Source: Pseudomonadota bacterium
Lineage (GTDB): Bacteria > Bdellovibrionota_F > JAHFAK01 > JBDREC01
NCBI GenBank assembly: GCA_043820105.1
Contig: JBDREC010000028.1
Coordinates: 62,001-90,972, forward strand
Length of the DNA stretch: 28,972 nt
Reading direction: 5' to 3'
Each line of letters begins with the position of its first letter. The first letter of the stretch is position 1. Positions 1 through 8,611 of the stretch are shown one piece after another. Made by a program: the position numbers and the translations under genes. The notes under the pieces are model-generated. The model did not search any database. It was not told the DNA's origin and saw only the letters and a program-made list of their open reading frames with translations.

Positions 1-2
1 AC

Positions 3-971
3 GAATTATTTAAAAAATATCTTGAGATCGTTGATAAAGAAGTTAAAAGATTATTAATTGATAAAAATGATTTGAAAAAAATCAACTGCCCTGCATGCAA
101 AAGTGACAATTCAAAATTTGCATTTAAAAAGTTCGGCTTGGCTTATGCTGAATGTTTACAATGCGGTTCCCTTTATATTTCACCAAGACCATCTGATGAT
201 AAAATTAACAAATATTTTCTTAAATCCAGGGCAACTGCTTTCTGGAATGAGCATATCTTAAAAAAAACAATCCAATCGCGCGTGCAACATCTGATCAGAC
301 CTGAAGTAATGTGGGTAGCCAATACTACCGGAACCTTTTGCAAAGAACCCAATACCTTTATTGAAATCAAATCCAGATACCCTGAATTTTTAGAGGGAAT
401 TGAACAACTTAAACTGTTTAAAGAAAAGATTATTATAGATCCGGAAATGCTACTGTCAGAAAGCTTTGTAGATAAAAATGGATTCACTATAATAAAGGAT
501 CTTGATAGAAATAATGAATGTAAAAACATTAAGGCCGATGTCGCAACGGGTTTTTACCTACTTGACAGGCTTTCTGAGCCATATGAATTATTAAAAACAC
601 TAAATTCAATGTTACTGGACAAGGGTTTATTGTTTCTTATAAGTACTACCATAAGTGGATTAGATTTACAAGTTTTGTGGGAGAATTCCAATGCAATTTT
701 TCCTCCGGAAAACATGAATATTTTGTCTATTGAAGGATTTAAAATATTACTCGATAATTGCGGATTTGAAATCATTGAATTAAGCACCCCTGGCCAATTA
801 GATCTGGAATATATTAAAAATGCCATGAAATATAATAAAAACTTGCAAATTCCAAGATTCCTTTCTTACTTTATCAATAACCGTGATGAACGTGCACAGG
901 AAAGATTTCAGGAATTTTTACAGGAAGTCAGATTAAGTTCTCATCTTAGAATCGTAGCCAGAAAGAAGTGA
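3..971 (+). CDS. Methyltransferase-fold protein with N-terminal Cys4 Zn-binding motif (5'-partial)
   Basis: Frame is open from base 3 (ELFKKYLEIVDKEV...) through the TTG at 72, so the true start is probably upstream of the window. CPAC...CLQC motif; C-terminal 'FPPENMNILS...EIIELSTPGQLD' resembles glycan-locus class I SAM methyltransferases. The Gly-rich motif I is not evident. Confidence 0.65.
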   Translation, partial: ELFKKYLEIVDKEVKRLLIDKNDLKKINCPACKSDNSKFAFKKFGLAYAECLQCGSLYISPRPSDDKINKYFLKSRATAFWNEHILKKTIQSRVQHLIRPEVMWVANTTGTFCKEPNTFIEIKSRYPEFLEGIEQLKLFKEKIIIDPEMLLSESFVDKNGFTIIKDLDRNNECKNIKADVATGFYLLDRLSEPYELLKTLNSMLLDKGLLFLISTTISGLDLQVLWENSNAIFPPENMNILSIEGFKILLDNCGFEIIELSTPGQLDLEYIKNAMKYNKNLQIPRFLSYFINNRDERAQERFQEFLQEVRLSSHLRIVARKK

Positions 972-973
972 AA

Positions 974-1894
974 ATGAAAAATAAAGTACTTATTTCCCCC
1001 TCAAAATTCGCTGATTGCGGTAATGATCCTCTGGAATTACTGGAAAAAGAAAATATTGAATATATTATTAATCCTTTTGGCAGAAAAATGGATCCCGCGG
1101 AGGTTATCCAGTACGGAAAGGATTGCATAGGAATCATTGCTGGAATTGAATCATTAAACGCCGAGGTCCTGGCTTCTATCCCAACTCTACGTTGCATAAG
1201 CCGTGTTGGATCTGGTATAGATACCATTGATATAGAAAAAGCCAGGGAGATGGGTATAGTTATTACCAACACTCCGGATGGACCTACCCGTGCAGTCGCG
1301 GAATTGGCTCTTGGTCTGATTTTTGATCTTCTGAGAAAAATATCTTTCAGGGATAGAGAGATTAGAAAAGGAAACTGGAACAAGGAAATGGGAAATTTGC
1401 TGGAAAATAAAAAAATTGGTGTTTTAGGTCTGGGTCGCATTGGACGCACTGTTGCTGAACTTTTACAGGTCCTTGGCGCCAGTGTATCCGGGACGGACCT
1501 TCAGGCTGATGAAAAATGGCTTAATGAAAAAAATATTCCCTTATTAACTTTGGATGAATTGTTAAAAACAAATGATATAATTTGTGTTCATATTCCATTC
1601 TCTGGTGGTGTGAAGCACTTTATTGGTGAAAGGGAGCTTAGGGTAATGAAAAAAGGAGCTTATCTTGTAAATCTATCACGCGGGGGGGTTGTGGATGAGC
1701 AGGCGCTATACCAGGTTTTGCAAGAAAAGCATCTTTCAGGAGCAGCTTCTGATGTCTTTGAGCAAGAACCCTATACTGGCCCTTTGACTGAACTTGATAA
1801 TATTGTGCTTACGTCTCACGTTGGCTCATATGCCAAAGAATCCAGATTAAAAATGGAAATGGATGCAACCCGAAACCTTTTAGAGCACATTTAA
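974..1894 (+). CDS. D-isomer-specific 2-hydroxyacid dehydrogenase (phosphoglycerate dehydrogenase-like, no ACT domain)
   Basis: ISRVGSGIDTID, AVAE, Rossmann GLGRIG, NLSRG (Arg), DVFEQEP (Glu), SHVG (His). Start is ATG 974 or the overlapping GTG 968. Confidence 0.9.
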   Translation: MKNKVLISPSKFADCGNDPLELLEKENIEYIINPFGRKMDPAEVIQYGKDCIGIIAGIESLNAEVLASIPTLRCISRVGSGIDTIDIEKAREMGIVITNTPDGPTRAVAELALGLIFDLLRKISFRDREIRKGNWNKEMGNLLENKKIGVLGLGRIGRTVAELLQVLGASVSGTDLQADEKWLNEKNIPLLTLDELLKTNDIICVHIPFSGGVKHFIGERELRVMKKGAYLVNLSRGGVVDEQALYQVLQEKHLSGAASDVFEQEPYTGPLTELDNIVLTSHVGSYAKESRLKMEMDATRNLLEHI

Positions 1895-1914
1895 GCATTA
1901 TTTAAGGAGAAAAA

Positions 1915-2526
1915 ATGAATAAACTCGACCAAATCTATTCCGGCTTGCAATCAGGCGCGGATTACGCCAAAGCATATGTTTCTTTATTATCCGATTTCTT
2001 AGGCAACCTTGATTTTGCAGCCATAGACAAAGTTATAACGCTTCTACTGGATGCAAGAAAAAACGAAAAAACCATTTTTTTCATAGGCGATGGAGGAAGT
2101 GCTGCAACAGCATCGCATTTTTGTGAGGACCTGGGACTTGGAGCATACTGCAATGGCAAATTGCCCTTTAAGGCACTTAGTCTTACTGATAACATGCCTT
2201 ATATTACCGCACTTGGAAATGATGAGGGCTTTGAGCATATTTTTACCGGACAGCTCCGAACCATGCTAAATGCCGGTGATGTTGTAATCGGCATATCAGG
2301 GAGTGGCAATTCAGCTAATCTGGTAAAAGCAATGGAATTTGCCAATACCAAGGATGCTGTAACCATCGGACTGGTAGGTTTTGATGGTGGAAAAATGAGT
2401 GAGCTTTGTCAGTATTGTATTCATGTTAAAACAGAAAAGGGATTATATGCACCTGTTGAAGATATGCAACTTATTTTGGGACATATAATAAGTACCTACC
2501 TAATGTTCAGGGTTCGGGAGGAGTAA
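1915..2526 (+). CDS. SIS-domain phosphoheptose isomerase-like protein (GmhA family)
   Basis: GDGGSAATASHF, TALGND, GDVVIGISGSGNS, EDMQLILGH; AAGGAG RBS upstream. Confidence 0.88.
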   Translation: MNKLDQIYSGLQSGADYAKAYVSLLSDFLGNLDFAAIDKVITLLLDARKNEKTIFFIGDGGSAATASHFCEDLGLGAYCNGKLPFKALSLTDNMPYITALGNDEGFEHIFTGQLRTMLNAGDVVIGISGSGNSANLVKAMEFANTKDAVTIGLVGFDGGKMSELCQYCIHVKTEKGLYAPVEDMQLILGHIISTYLMFRVREE

Positions 2527-2534
2527 AATAAAAC

Positions 2535-3269
2535 ATGAATATTGATTTTGCCGGGAAAAAAGCAATTGTAACTGGTGGGACCAGGGGCATAGGAAACAGT
2601 ATTGCTTCGATGCTAGACAAATCAGGATGCGAGGTTATTTACACCGGAACAAAAGAAAAAGCTGAAAACAGGATTGGTTCTGCCCGATATGAACAGCTTG
2701 ATTTGGCATGTAAAAAGAGCATTGAACGTTTTTCGGATGAAGTTATTAAAACCTCTGAGAAAATTGATATATTAATCAATAATGCTGGAATAAATTTTAT
2801 CGAACCTATTGATAAAATACAGGACCAACATTGGGAAGCAGTCTTAAATGTGAATTTAACGGGAGCCATGTGTCTGACCAGGGAAGTTGCTAAAACGATG
2901 ATAAAGCAAAAAAACGGCGGCAGGATATTAAATGTCAGTTCAATTTTTGGCATTGTTTCCAAGGCAAAGAGGGGTTCATATTCAGCCAGCAAGGCTGGGA
3001 TGATAGGTCTAAGCCGGGCTTGTGCTTTGGATTTGGCGCCCTACAGTATACTGGTAAATGCTTTATGTCCCGGCTTTACAGTCACTGAACTGACAGCCTC
3101 TATTCTTTCACCAGATGAAATGGCTAAATTGGCAAAAGAAGAAGTTCCTTTGGGCAGATTTGCGGAGGTTGATGAAATTTCAAAGGTCGCATTGTTTTTA
3201 TGTTCAGATATGAATACATACCTCACTGGCCAAACGATTGTTGTAGATGGAGGAATGGTAATACGATGA
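2535..3269 (+). CDS. Classical SDR NAD(P)-dependent oxidoreductase (FabG-like)
   Basis: TGGTRGIG, NNAG, NVSS, YSASK catalytic motif, LCPG, DGG C-terminus. Confidence 0.92.
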   Translation: MNIDFAGKKAIVTGGTRGIGNSIASMLDKSGCEVIYTGTKEKAENRIGSARYEQLDLACKKSIERFSDEVIKTSEKIDILINNAGINFIEPIDKIQDQHWEAVLNVNLTGAMCLTREVAKTMIKQKNGGRILNVSSIFGIVSKAKRGSYSASKAGMIGLSRACALDLAPYSILVNALCPGFTVTELTASILSPDEMAKLAKEEVPLGRFAEVDEISKVALFLCSDMNTYLTGQTIVVDGGMVIR

Positions 3270-4336
3270 GAATAAATTCAAAAATTAAAGATTACAGCGT
3301 AGACTTGCTTGACGACATTCTTAATAAAAAAGAAGAACTGTTTGGAACCCTGAAATATGATCGCTTGTTTTATTTTGTCGATGGAAATGTAAAGCGTATT
3401 TATAACGATCAATTAAGAGAATTTATTGGCGATGATTTTTGTCAGGTTATTGAGGCCAAAGAAGAAAACAAGGAATATAACAACCTTGCGAACTATTATA
3501 AAGTTTTAATTGAAAATAAATTTACGCGCAGAGATCTTCTGGTAACTATCGGGGGCGGCATCCTGCAGGATATCAGTGGATTTATAGCTTCAACACTTTA
3601 CAGAGGGATAGGCTGGGTGTTTTTTCCAACTACTCTTCTAGCACAGGCAGATAGCTGCATTGGCTCAAAAACCTCAATAAATTTCGGGGACAGTAAAAAT
3701 TTAATCGGATCTTTTTATCCACCTGATCATATTTTCATTGATGATACTTTTTGCAAAACTTTAACGCCTGAATATTTTAACAGCGGCATAGGCGAGATTA
3801 TTAAGTTTCACTTGTTATCGGATTATGAACGCTATGCTTTACTCAAAGAATACCTGTCGTTGCCGGACTCAATGGATTCCAGATATTTTAAAAGAATAAT
3901 CCTGTCGACTTTGGAAATAAAAAAATCTTATTTTACAGAAGATGAGTTTGACACAGGTAGAAGAAACCTGCTGAACTACGGACATTGTTTTGGTCATGCC
4001 CTTGAATCAGCGAGCAATTTTATTGTTTGCCACGGAGAAGCAGTGCTTGTTGGCATGGGCTTTGCCAACCTGCTTTCACTAAAGAGGGGGATCATGAACA
4101 AAGAAAAATATAAAGAATTTGAAGCAATCCTGCAAAAATATTATCCTGGATATAAGCTCTCAAATATAAGTTCAGACACCCTCGTTTCTTATCTAAAGAA
4201 AGATAAAAAAAGAGTTGGCAATGATTTAACCATGATATTGGCTGAAGATATTGGGAAAGCCTATAAATGTGATGATATAAAGGAAGTTGAGATTGCTCAA
4301 ACCTTTCAGGAATTTTTAAAAATATATCCTAAATAA
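3266..4336 (+). CDS. AroB/3-dehydroquinate synthase-like sugar-phosphate cyclase
   Basis: GGGILQD, PTTLLAQADSCIGSKT, KNLIGSFYPP, GEIIK, LLNYGHCFGHALE, HGEAV (metal ligands E/H/H). ATG 3266 overlaps the SDR stop (ATGA) and is preferred over 3200. Confidence 0.9.
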   Translation: MRINSKIKDYSVDLLDDILNKKEELFGTLKYDRLFYFVDGNVKRIYNDQLREFIGDDFCQVIEAKEENKEYNNLANYYKVLIENKFTRRDLLVTIGGGILQDISGFIASTLYRGIGWVFFPTTLLAQADSCIGSKTSINFGDSKNLIGSFYPPDHIFIDDTFCKTLTPEYFNSGIGEIIKFHLLSDYERYALLKEYLSLPDSMDSRYFKRIILSTLEIKKSYFTEDEFDTGRRNLLNYGHCFGHALESASNFIVCHGEAVLVGMGFANLLSLKRGIMNKEKYKEFEAILQKYYPGYKLSNISSDTLVSYLKKDKKRVGNDLTMILAEDIGKAYKCDDIKEVEIAQTFQEFLKIYPK

Positions 4337-4355
4337 TCTGGCAAAGGAAAGAAAT

Positions 4356-5489
4356 ATGAAAAAAGTTATAGCAATGATTCCGGCTCGTCTGGGAAGTAAA
4401 AGAATAAAAAGTAAAAACTTAAGACTGCTTTCAGGAAAACCATTAATATCTTACGTTATTGATAAATGCAAGCAGGCTAAGGTATTTGATGAAATCTATA
4501 TAAATTCCGAAGCTGATGTTTTCAATGATATCGCTGATGAATATGATATTAAATTTTATAAACGTGATGAGTTTCTGGCTTCTGATGATGCCACAAATGA
4601 CATGTTTGTTTTGGATTTCATAACCAACATTAAATGTGAATTTTTAGTTCAGGTCAATCCCACTTCCCCACTTATCACTGTTGAAGATATAAAGGCCTTT
4701 GTGGATAAAATGCTAAAAGAAGATCTGGACACTCTTCATTCAGTAAAAAAAGAGCAAATAGAAGCTTTATATGATAACAAGCCACTAAATTTTGATCCAA
4801 TGAAGCAAATGCCACGTTCACAGGATCTTAAGCCTGCAATGCTTTTTTCATCCGGCATAATGGGATGGAACACCCGGAAATATTTTGAAAATATGAAACG
4901 ATTGGGCAGTGCAACCTATGGCGGTGATGGCAAAACTGATTATTTTATTTTAGAAGGTTTTTCCAAAATAGATATAGATAATGAAGAAGATTTTGAATTG
5001 GCGGAAATAGCAATAGATTACCTGGAAATTGAACGCGGTAAAAACATTGAATATTATAAAACTATGAAAGATCGCAACAAACATATAGAATGGGATGTTC
5101 CCAGTATTTTAGCAAAAGATGGTGTTACTGAAAATGATCTGGATAATGCAAACATGGAAGTTATAAACATAACAAAGATAATTGCTGAAAAAAGAAAAGA
5201 AAGTTCCTGGAGTAAAAGAGTCATTAACACTTCCAGTAACAGTGCAACATTGATATGTCAGATGCCTAATGAAGGAAACCGTATGCATTATCACTCCAAC
5301 TGGAATGAATGGTGGTTTATTGTTGACGGAAAATGGAATTTTGAGATAGAAGGCAAAAGCATTATAGTCTCAACAGGAGATTTTGTCTTTATTGAAAAAG
5401 GCAAATTACATAAAATCACGGCCATTGGCGATAAACCTGCGATCAGACTTGCTGTAAGCAGGGAAGATGTAGCTCATATTTATCCATAA
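4356..5489 (+). CDS. Acylneuraminate cytidylyltransferase (NeuA/KdsB family) fused to a C-terminal cupin
   Basis: IPARLGSKRIKSKN, VNPTSPL, PRSQDL, IDIDNEEDF; cupin HYHSNWNEWW...GKLHKI. Confidence 0.88.
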   Translation: MKKVIAMIPARLGSKRIKSKNLRLLSGKPLISYVIDKCKQAKVFDEIYINSEADVFNDIADEYDIKFYKRDEFLASDDATNDMFVLDFITNIKCEFLVQVNPTSPLITVEDIKAFVDKMLKEDLDTLHSVKKEQIEALYDNKPLNFDPMKQMPRSQDLKPAMLFSSGIMGWNTRKYFENMKRLGSATYGGDGKTDYFILEGFSKIDIDNEEDFELAEIAIDYLEIERGKNIEYYKTMKDRNKHIEWDVPSILAKDGVTENDLDNANMEVINITKIIAEKRKESSWSKRVINTSSNSATLICQMPNEGNRMHYHSNWNEWWFIVDGKWNFEIEGKSIIVSTGDFVFIEKGKLHKITAIGDKPAIRLAVSREDVAHIYP

Positions 5490-5518
5490 CTGTTGAACCA
5501 TTATCAGGGCAATAAATC

Positions 5519-6664
5519 ATGAAAATCATGGCTATAGGTTTTTTTGCTAATTCAAAAACTCATCTTAATGCCTTAAAAGCAACTGAGTGGAGTGATACTT
5601 TTCATCTTCAACCAAATGAAGTGGTTGGAGGCATTCCTGGATCTGTTACCGATTTGAAAAATTTAAAGATTAATTTTAGAGAATATGATGCAGCCTTAAT
5701 TTTTCATGATTCACTTGATCCTGCCCAGAGATATTTCAATGAACAATGCATAAAAAATGATGTGGTAATATATGCAAATCAGCATGGATTTAATAAAAGC
5801 ATTTTGCAGATTTTAGATAACTCCCCCAATATTTATTCAAAATACTGGAATTGCATGGGGCAGTACTTTTTGAATCGATATAAAGAAGTAATTGGTCAGG
5901 ATGCCATTACCAGACGCTGGATTTCCCTTGGATCATTTCAACATGATTATCTTTACAAAAATTTCAAATGGAATAATACAGCTAATAATGGAAAAGCTCT
6001 TATTATCCATGAACCGGATTTATCGATTTGTGAAGGTGATCCTCATCCGCATGATTCAGAGAGACTAACAGAATTTATTATAGAATGTCTGAAAGATCTG
6101 GGAATAAAGGCAGATATGAAACCGCATCCCAACTGGAAGCATTTTATTGGCAACAACGGAGAAGCTCTCGATAAACCGGAAGGTGTAAATCTTGTGGATA
6201 TTGATGTTGAAGAAATTGTAAATTACTCAATTGTTATTGGATCCAGAAGCTCTATGTTACTGGACGCAGTAGCAATGTCTATTCCAACAATTGCTCTGGA
6301 ATCTAAGTCCACCTGGAAAGATGATAAATATCCTCCTGTGGAAGAGGGATTGATACCAACATTTAGTAAAGACAAATTACTTGATGGTTTAAAAATACAT
6401 TTTGATAAAAAACCTGTTTATAATACTAACATGAGAAATTATTTTCTTGGACCCTTGGGTTCTGTTTCTGAAAACTATTATGAATTTATTAAAAATGATC
6501 TGACGAATCCAGCGAAAACCCTAAGTAAACACTATGTACAATGGCAGGGCAAATTAAAAACACATATGCGTAATCCATTGAGATCTGACAGGATTATTCT
6601 GAAATCATATAATAAATTTAAAATTTCGATAAAAAGTATAATAAAAAGATTGATAGGAAAATAA
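5519..6664 (+). CDS. Unclassified GT-B-like putative CMP/CDP-donor transferase (paralogue A)
   Basis: QHG, KPHP and SSMLLDA motifs typical of TagF-like and HP-motif sialyltransferase-like proteins; clear paralogue of 9867..11114. Confidence 0.55.
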   Translation: MKIMAIGFFANSKTHLNALKATEWSDTFHLQPNEVVGGIPGSVTDLKNLKINFREYDAALIFHDSLDPAQRYFNEQCIKNDVVIYANQHGFNKSILQILDNSPNIYSKYWNCMGQYFLNRYKEVIGQDAITRRWISLGSFQHDYLYKNFKWNNTANNGKALIIHEPDLSICEGDPHPHDSERLTEFIIECLKDLGIKADMKPHPNWKHFIGNNGEALDKPEGVNLVDIDVEEIVNYSIVIGSRSSMLLDAVAMSIPTIALESKSTWKDDKYPPVEEGLIPTFSKDKLLDGLKIHFDKKPVYNTNMRNYFLGPLGSVSENYYEFIKNDLTNPAKTLSKHYVQWQGKLKTHMRNPLRSDRIILKSYNKFKISIKSIIKRLIGK

Positions 6665-6667
6665 ATT

Positions 6668-7888
6668 ATGCACAAAACCAGTATATTCAATATTAAAATT
6701 GATTTTGACAAAAGCTATGATTCGTACCTGTATGATAAAAACAGACAAAAGCATTTCTTGGATTTTTTTGGTCTGTACTCTTCATTACCTTTAGGTTATA
6801 ACCATCCAATATTCAAAGATGAAACATTTCTTAATTCTTATAATAAGTTGGCAGGAATCAAAGTTACTAATTGCGAAATTATTTCAGATGAGGCAGAAAG
6901 TTTTTTTCTACAATTTTCAAAGCAGGATGAAATGAAAATTTTTAAACACTTTCATTTCTGCTGCACAGGAGCTTTGGCTATTGAAGCTTCCATAAAAACG
7001 GCAATCGATCATAAGTGTTCTTCAACCCCTGTTGTTATTAGCCTTTTAGAAAGTTTTCATGGAATAAACAGTTATGGTGGATTTCTCACAGACAGATTTT
7101 TTCCCGTAAGTGAGCGACTTAAAGGAATGCCTACCATGAAGTGGCATAAAATCCACAATCCTAAAATTATTTATAAAAATGGTGAAAAGGACAACGAACT
7201 TACAAAAAGCGGCCTTGAGCAATTTGAAGCTGAATTTAATACAATTATTGATAATTATGGCAAGGAAAATGTAGCGGCACTTTTAGTAGAACCGATCCAG
7301 GCAACTTACGGAGATAATTATTTCCCAAAAGCATTTTTTAAATTAATAAGGAGTTTATGCGACAAATTCAATATTTGTTTAATTTTTGATGAAATTCAAA
7401 CAGGCTTTGGTTCGACTGGTAAACTGTGGTATTATCAATTCCTGGACATTGAACCAGATATTGTCGCTTTTGGTAAAAAAACACAGGTTTCAGGAATCAT
7501 GGTTAAGGAAAATTTCAGTAAAATATTTCAAAAGCCTATTCGCTTGGAAGTAACCTGGGATGGAGATCTAATTGATATGCTTCGATGCCAATACATATTA
7601 AAAGCATATAAAAAATATAATATTTTAAAGAATGTAAATGAAAGAAGCGAGGAACTTTTATCGGCCTTAAAGCAAATTGATGCCTTACAGAATGTGCGTA
7701 GACAGGGACTTATGTTTGCTTTTGATTTTATTTGCAGTAAAGAACAAGAACATTTTGTCAGTAAAGCTTTTGAAAATGGTCTACTTTTTAATAGAACAAG
7801 AGATAAGACAATTCGTTTTAGGCCAAATTTGAATGTATCATCTGAAGAAATTCAAGAGGCAGTTAATATAATAAGGAAAATTTATTAA
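6668..7888 (+). CDS. Class III PLP aminotransferase, L-lysine 6-transaminase-like
   Basis: LGYNHP, GALAIE, SFHG, EPIQ, FDEIQTGFG, DIVAFGKKTQV (PLP lysine, LAT-type), TWDGD, IRFRP. Confidence 0.88.
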   Translation: MHKTSIFNIKIDFDKSYDSYLYDKNRQKHFLDFFGLYSSLPLGYNHPIFKDETFLNSYNKLAGIKVTNCEIISDEAESFFLQFSKQDEMKIFKHFHFCCTGALAIEASIKTAIDHKCSSTPVVISLLESFHGINSYGGFLTDRFFPVSERLKGMPTMKWHKIHNPKIIYKNGEKDNELTKSGLEQFEAEFNTIIDNYGKENVAALLVEPIQATYGDNYFPKAFFKLIRSLCDKFNICLIFDEIQTGFGSTGKLWYYQFLDIEPDIVAFGKKTQVSGIMVKENFSKIFQKPIRLEVTWDGDLIDMLRCQYILKAYKKYNILKNVNERSEELLSALKQIDALQNVRRQGLMFAFDFICSKEQEHFVSKAFENGLLFNRTRDKTIRFRPNLNVSSEEIQEAVNIIRKIY

Positions 7889-7891
7889 GAT

Positions 7892-8602
7892 ATGATAACA
7901 ATAAAAGACTCCTCCTTTAAAGATAAAGCAGAATATATAAAGCACCTTTCTAATTCAAAAAAGCTTGTTTCCAAGACAGATTTAATTTATGAACTCTGCA
8001 AAGATAAGGACGTTCTGGATATTGGTTGCATAGATCATAACTATAAGACGGCATTGGACCTTGGAGATAATTGGTTGCACAAACAATTGAAAAAAGCTTC
8101 AAAATCCATAATTGGACTGGACATCCTGAAAGAGGATTCCATTTTTTTGAATAAGATGGGTTATAATATCATCCAGGGCAATGCAGAAGCTTTTAATCTA
8201 AACAGAAAATTTGATGTCATTGTCGCTGGCGACCTAATTGAACATTTATCAAATATTGGTTCTTTTTTACAATGTGTAGCAAATCATATGCACTCAGATT
8301 CAGTTTTTATTATTACAAGTCCTAATCCCTTTAATATTGAACAAGCAATATTGGCAATTTATAAAAATGATATCTCTGTAAATGATGAGCATACATGCTG
8401 GTTAGACCCCAGGGTTATATATGAAACGATATCCAGAACAAATTTAAAAATAACTGCTTTTTATTGGGTTGATACTAGATTTAAAATACTATTGGATAGA
8501 AATATTCTATTCAAATATATTTTAAATTTCATTTCTGAAATTATAATGAACATACGACCTATTTGCAGAAGAGATTATGCGATATTACTAAAGAAAAAAT
8601 AG
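7892..8602 (+). CDS. Class I SAM-dependent methyltransferase
   Basis: VLDIGC, IGLD, FDVIVAGDLIEHL, ITSPN. Confidence 0.88.
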   Translation: MITIKDSSFKDKAEYIKHLSNSKKLVSKTDLIYELCKDKDVLDIGCIDHNYKTALDLGDNWLHKQLKKASKSIIGLDILKEDSIFLNKMGYNIIQGNAEAFNLNRKFDVIVAGDLIEHLSNIGSFLQCVANHMHSDSVFIITSPNPFNIEQAILAIYKNDISVNDEHTCWLDPRVIYETISRTNLKITAFYWVDTRFKILLDRNILFKYILNFISEIIMNIRPICRRDYAILLKKK

Positions 8603-8611
8603 GAAATTGTA

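Noticed and set aside
1682-1688. G7 tract as a phase-variation switch
   Set aside because: Short, in frame, and encodes the conserved RGGVV motif.
173-3226. Antisense ORFs (173-529, 554-826, 946-1449, 1962-2195, 2044-2238, 2639-2992, 3041-3226) and similar ones at 5109, 9578, 14369, 18507, 22336, 23201, 25112, 26037
   Set aside because: Shadows of well-supported genes on the opposite strand, with no recognisable motifs.
3266-4336. Assigning housekeeping symbols aroB (and serA, gmhA, fabG, pseG to neighbours)
   Set aside because: Family membership is clear, but context suggests pathway-specific paralogues; symbols withheld.
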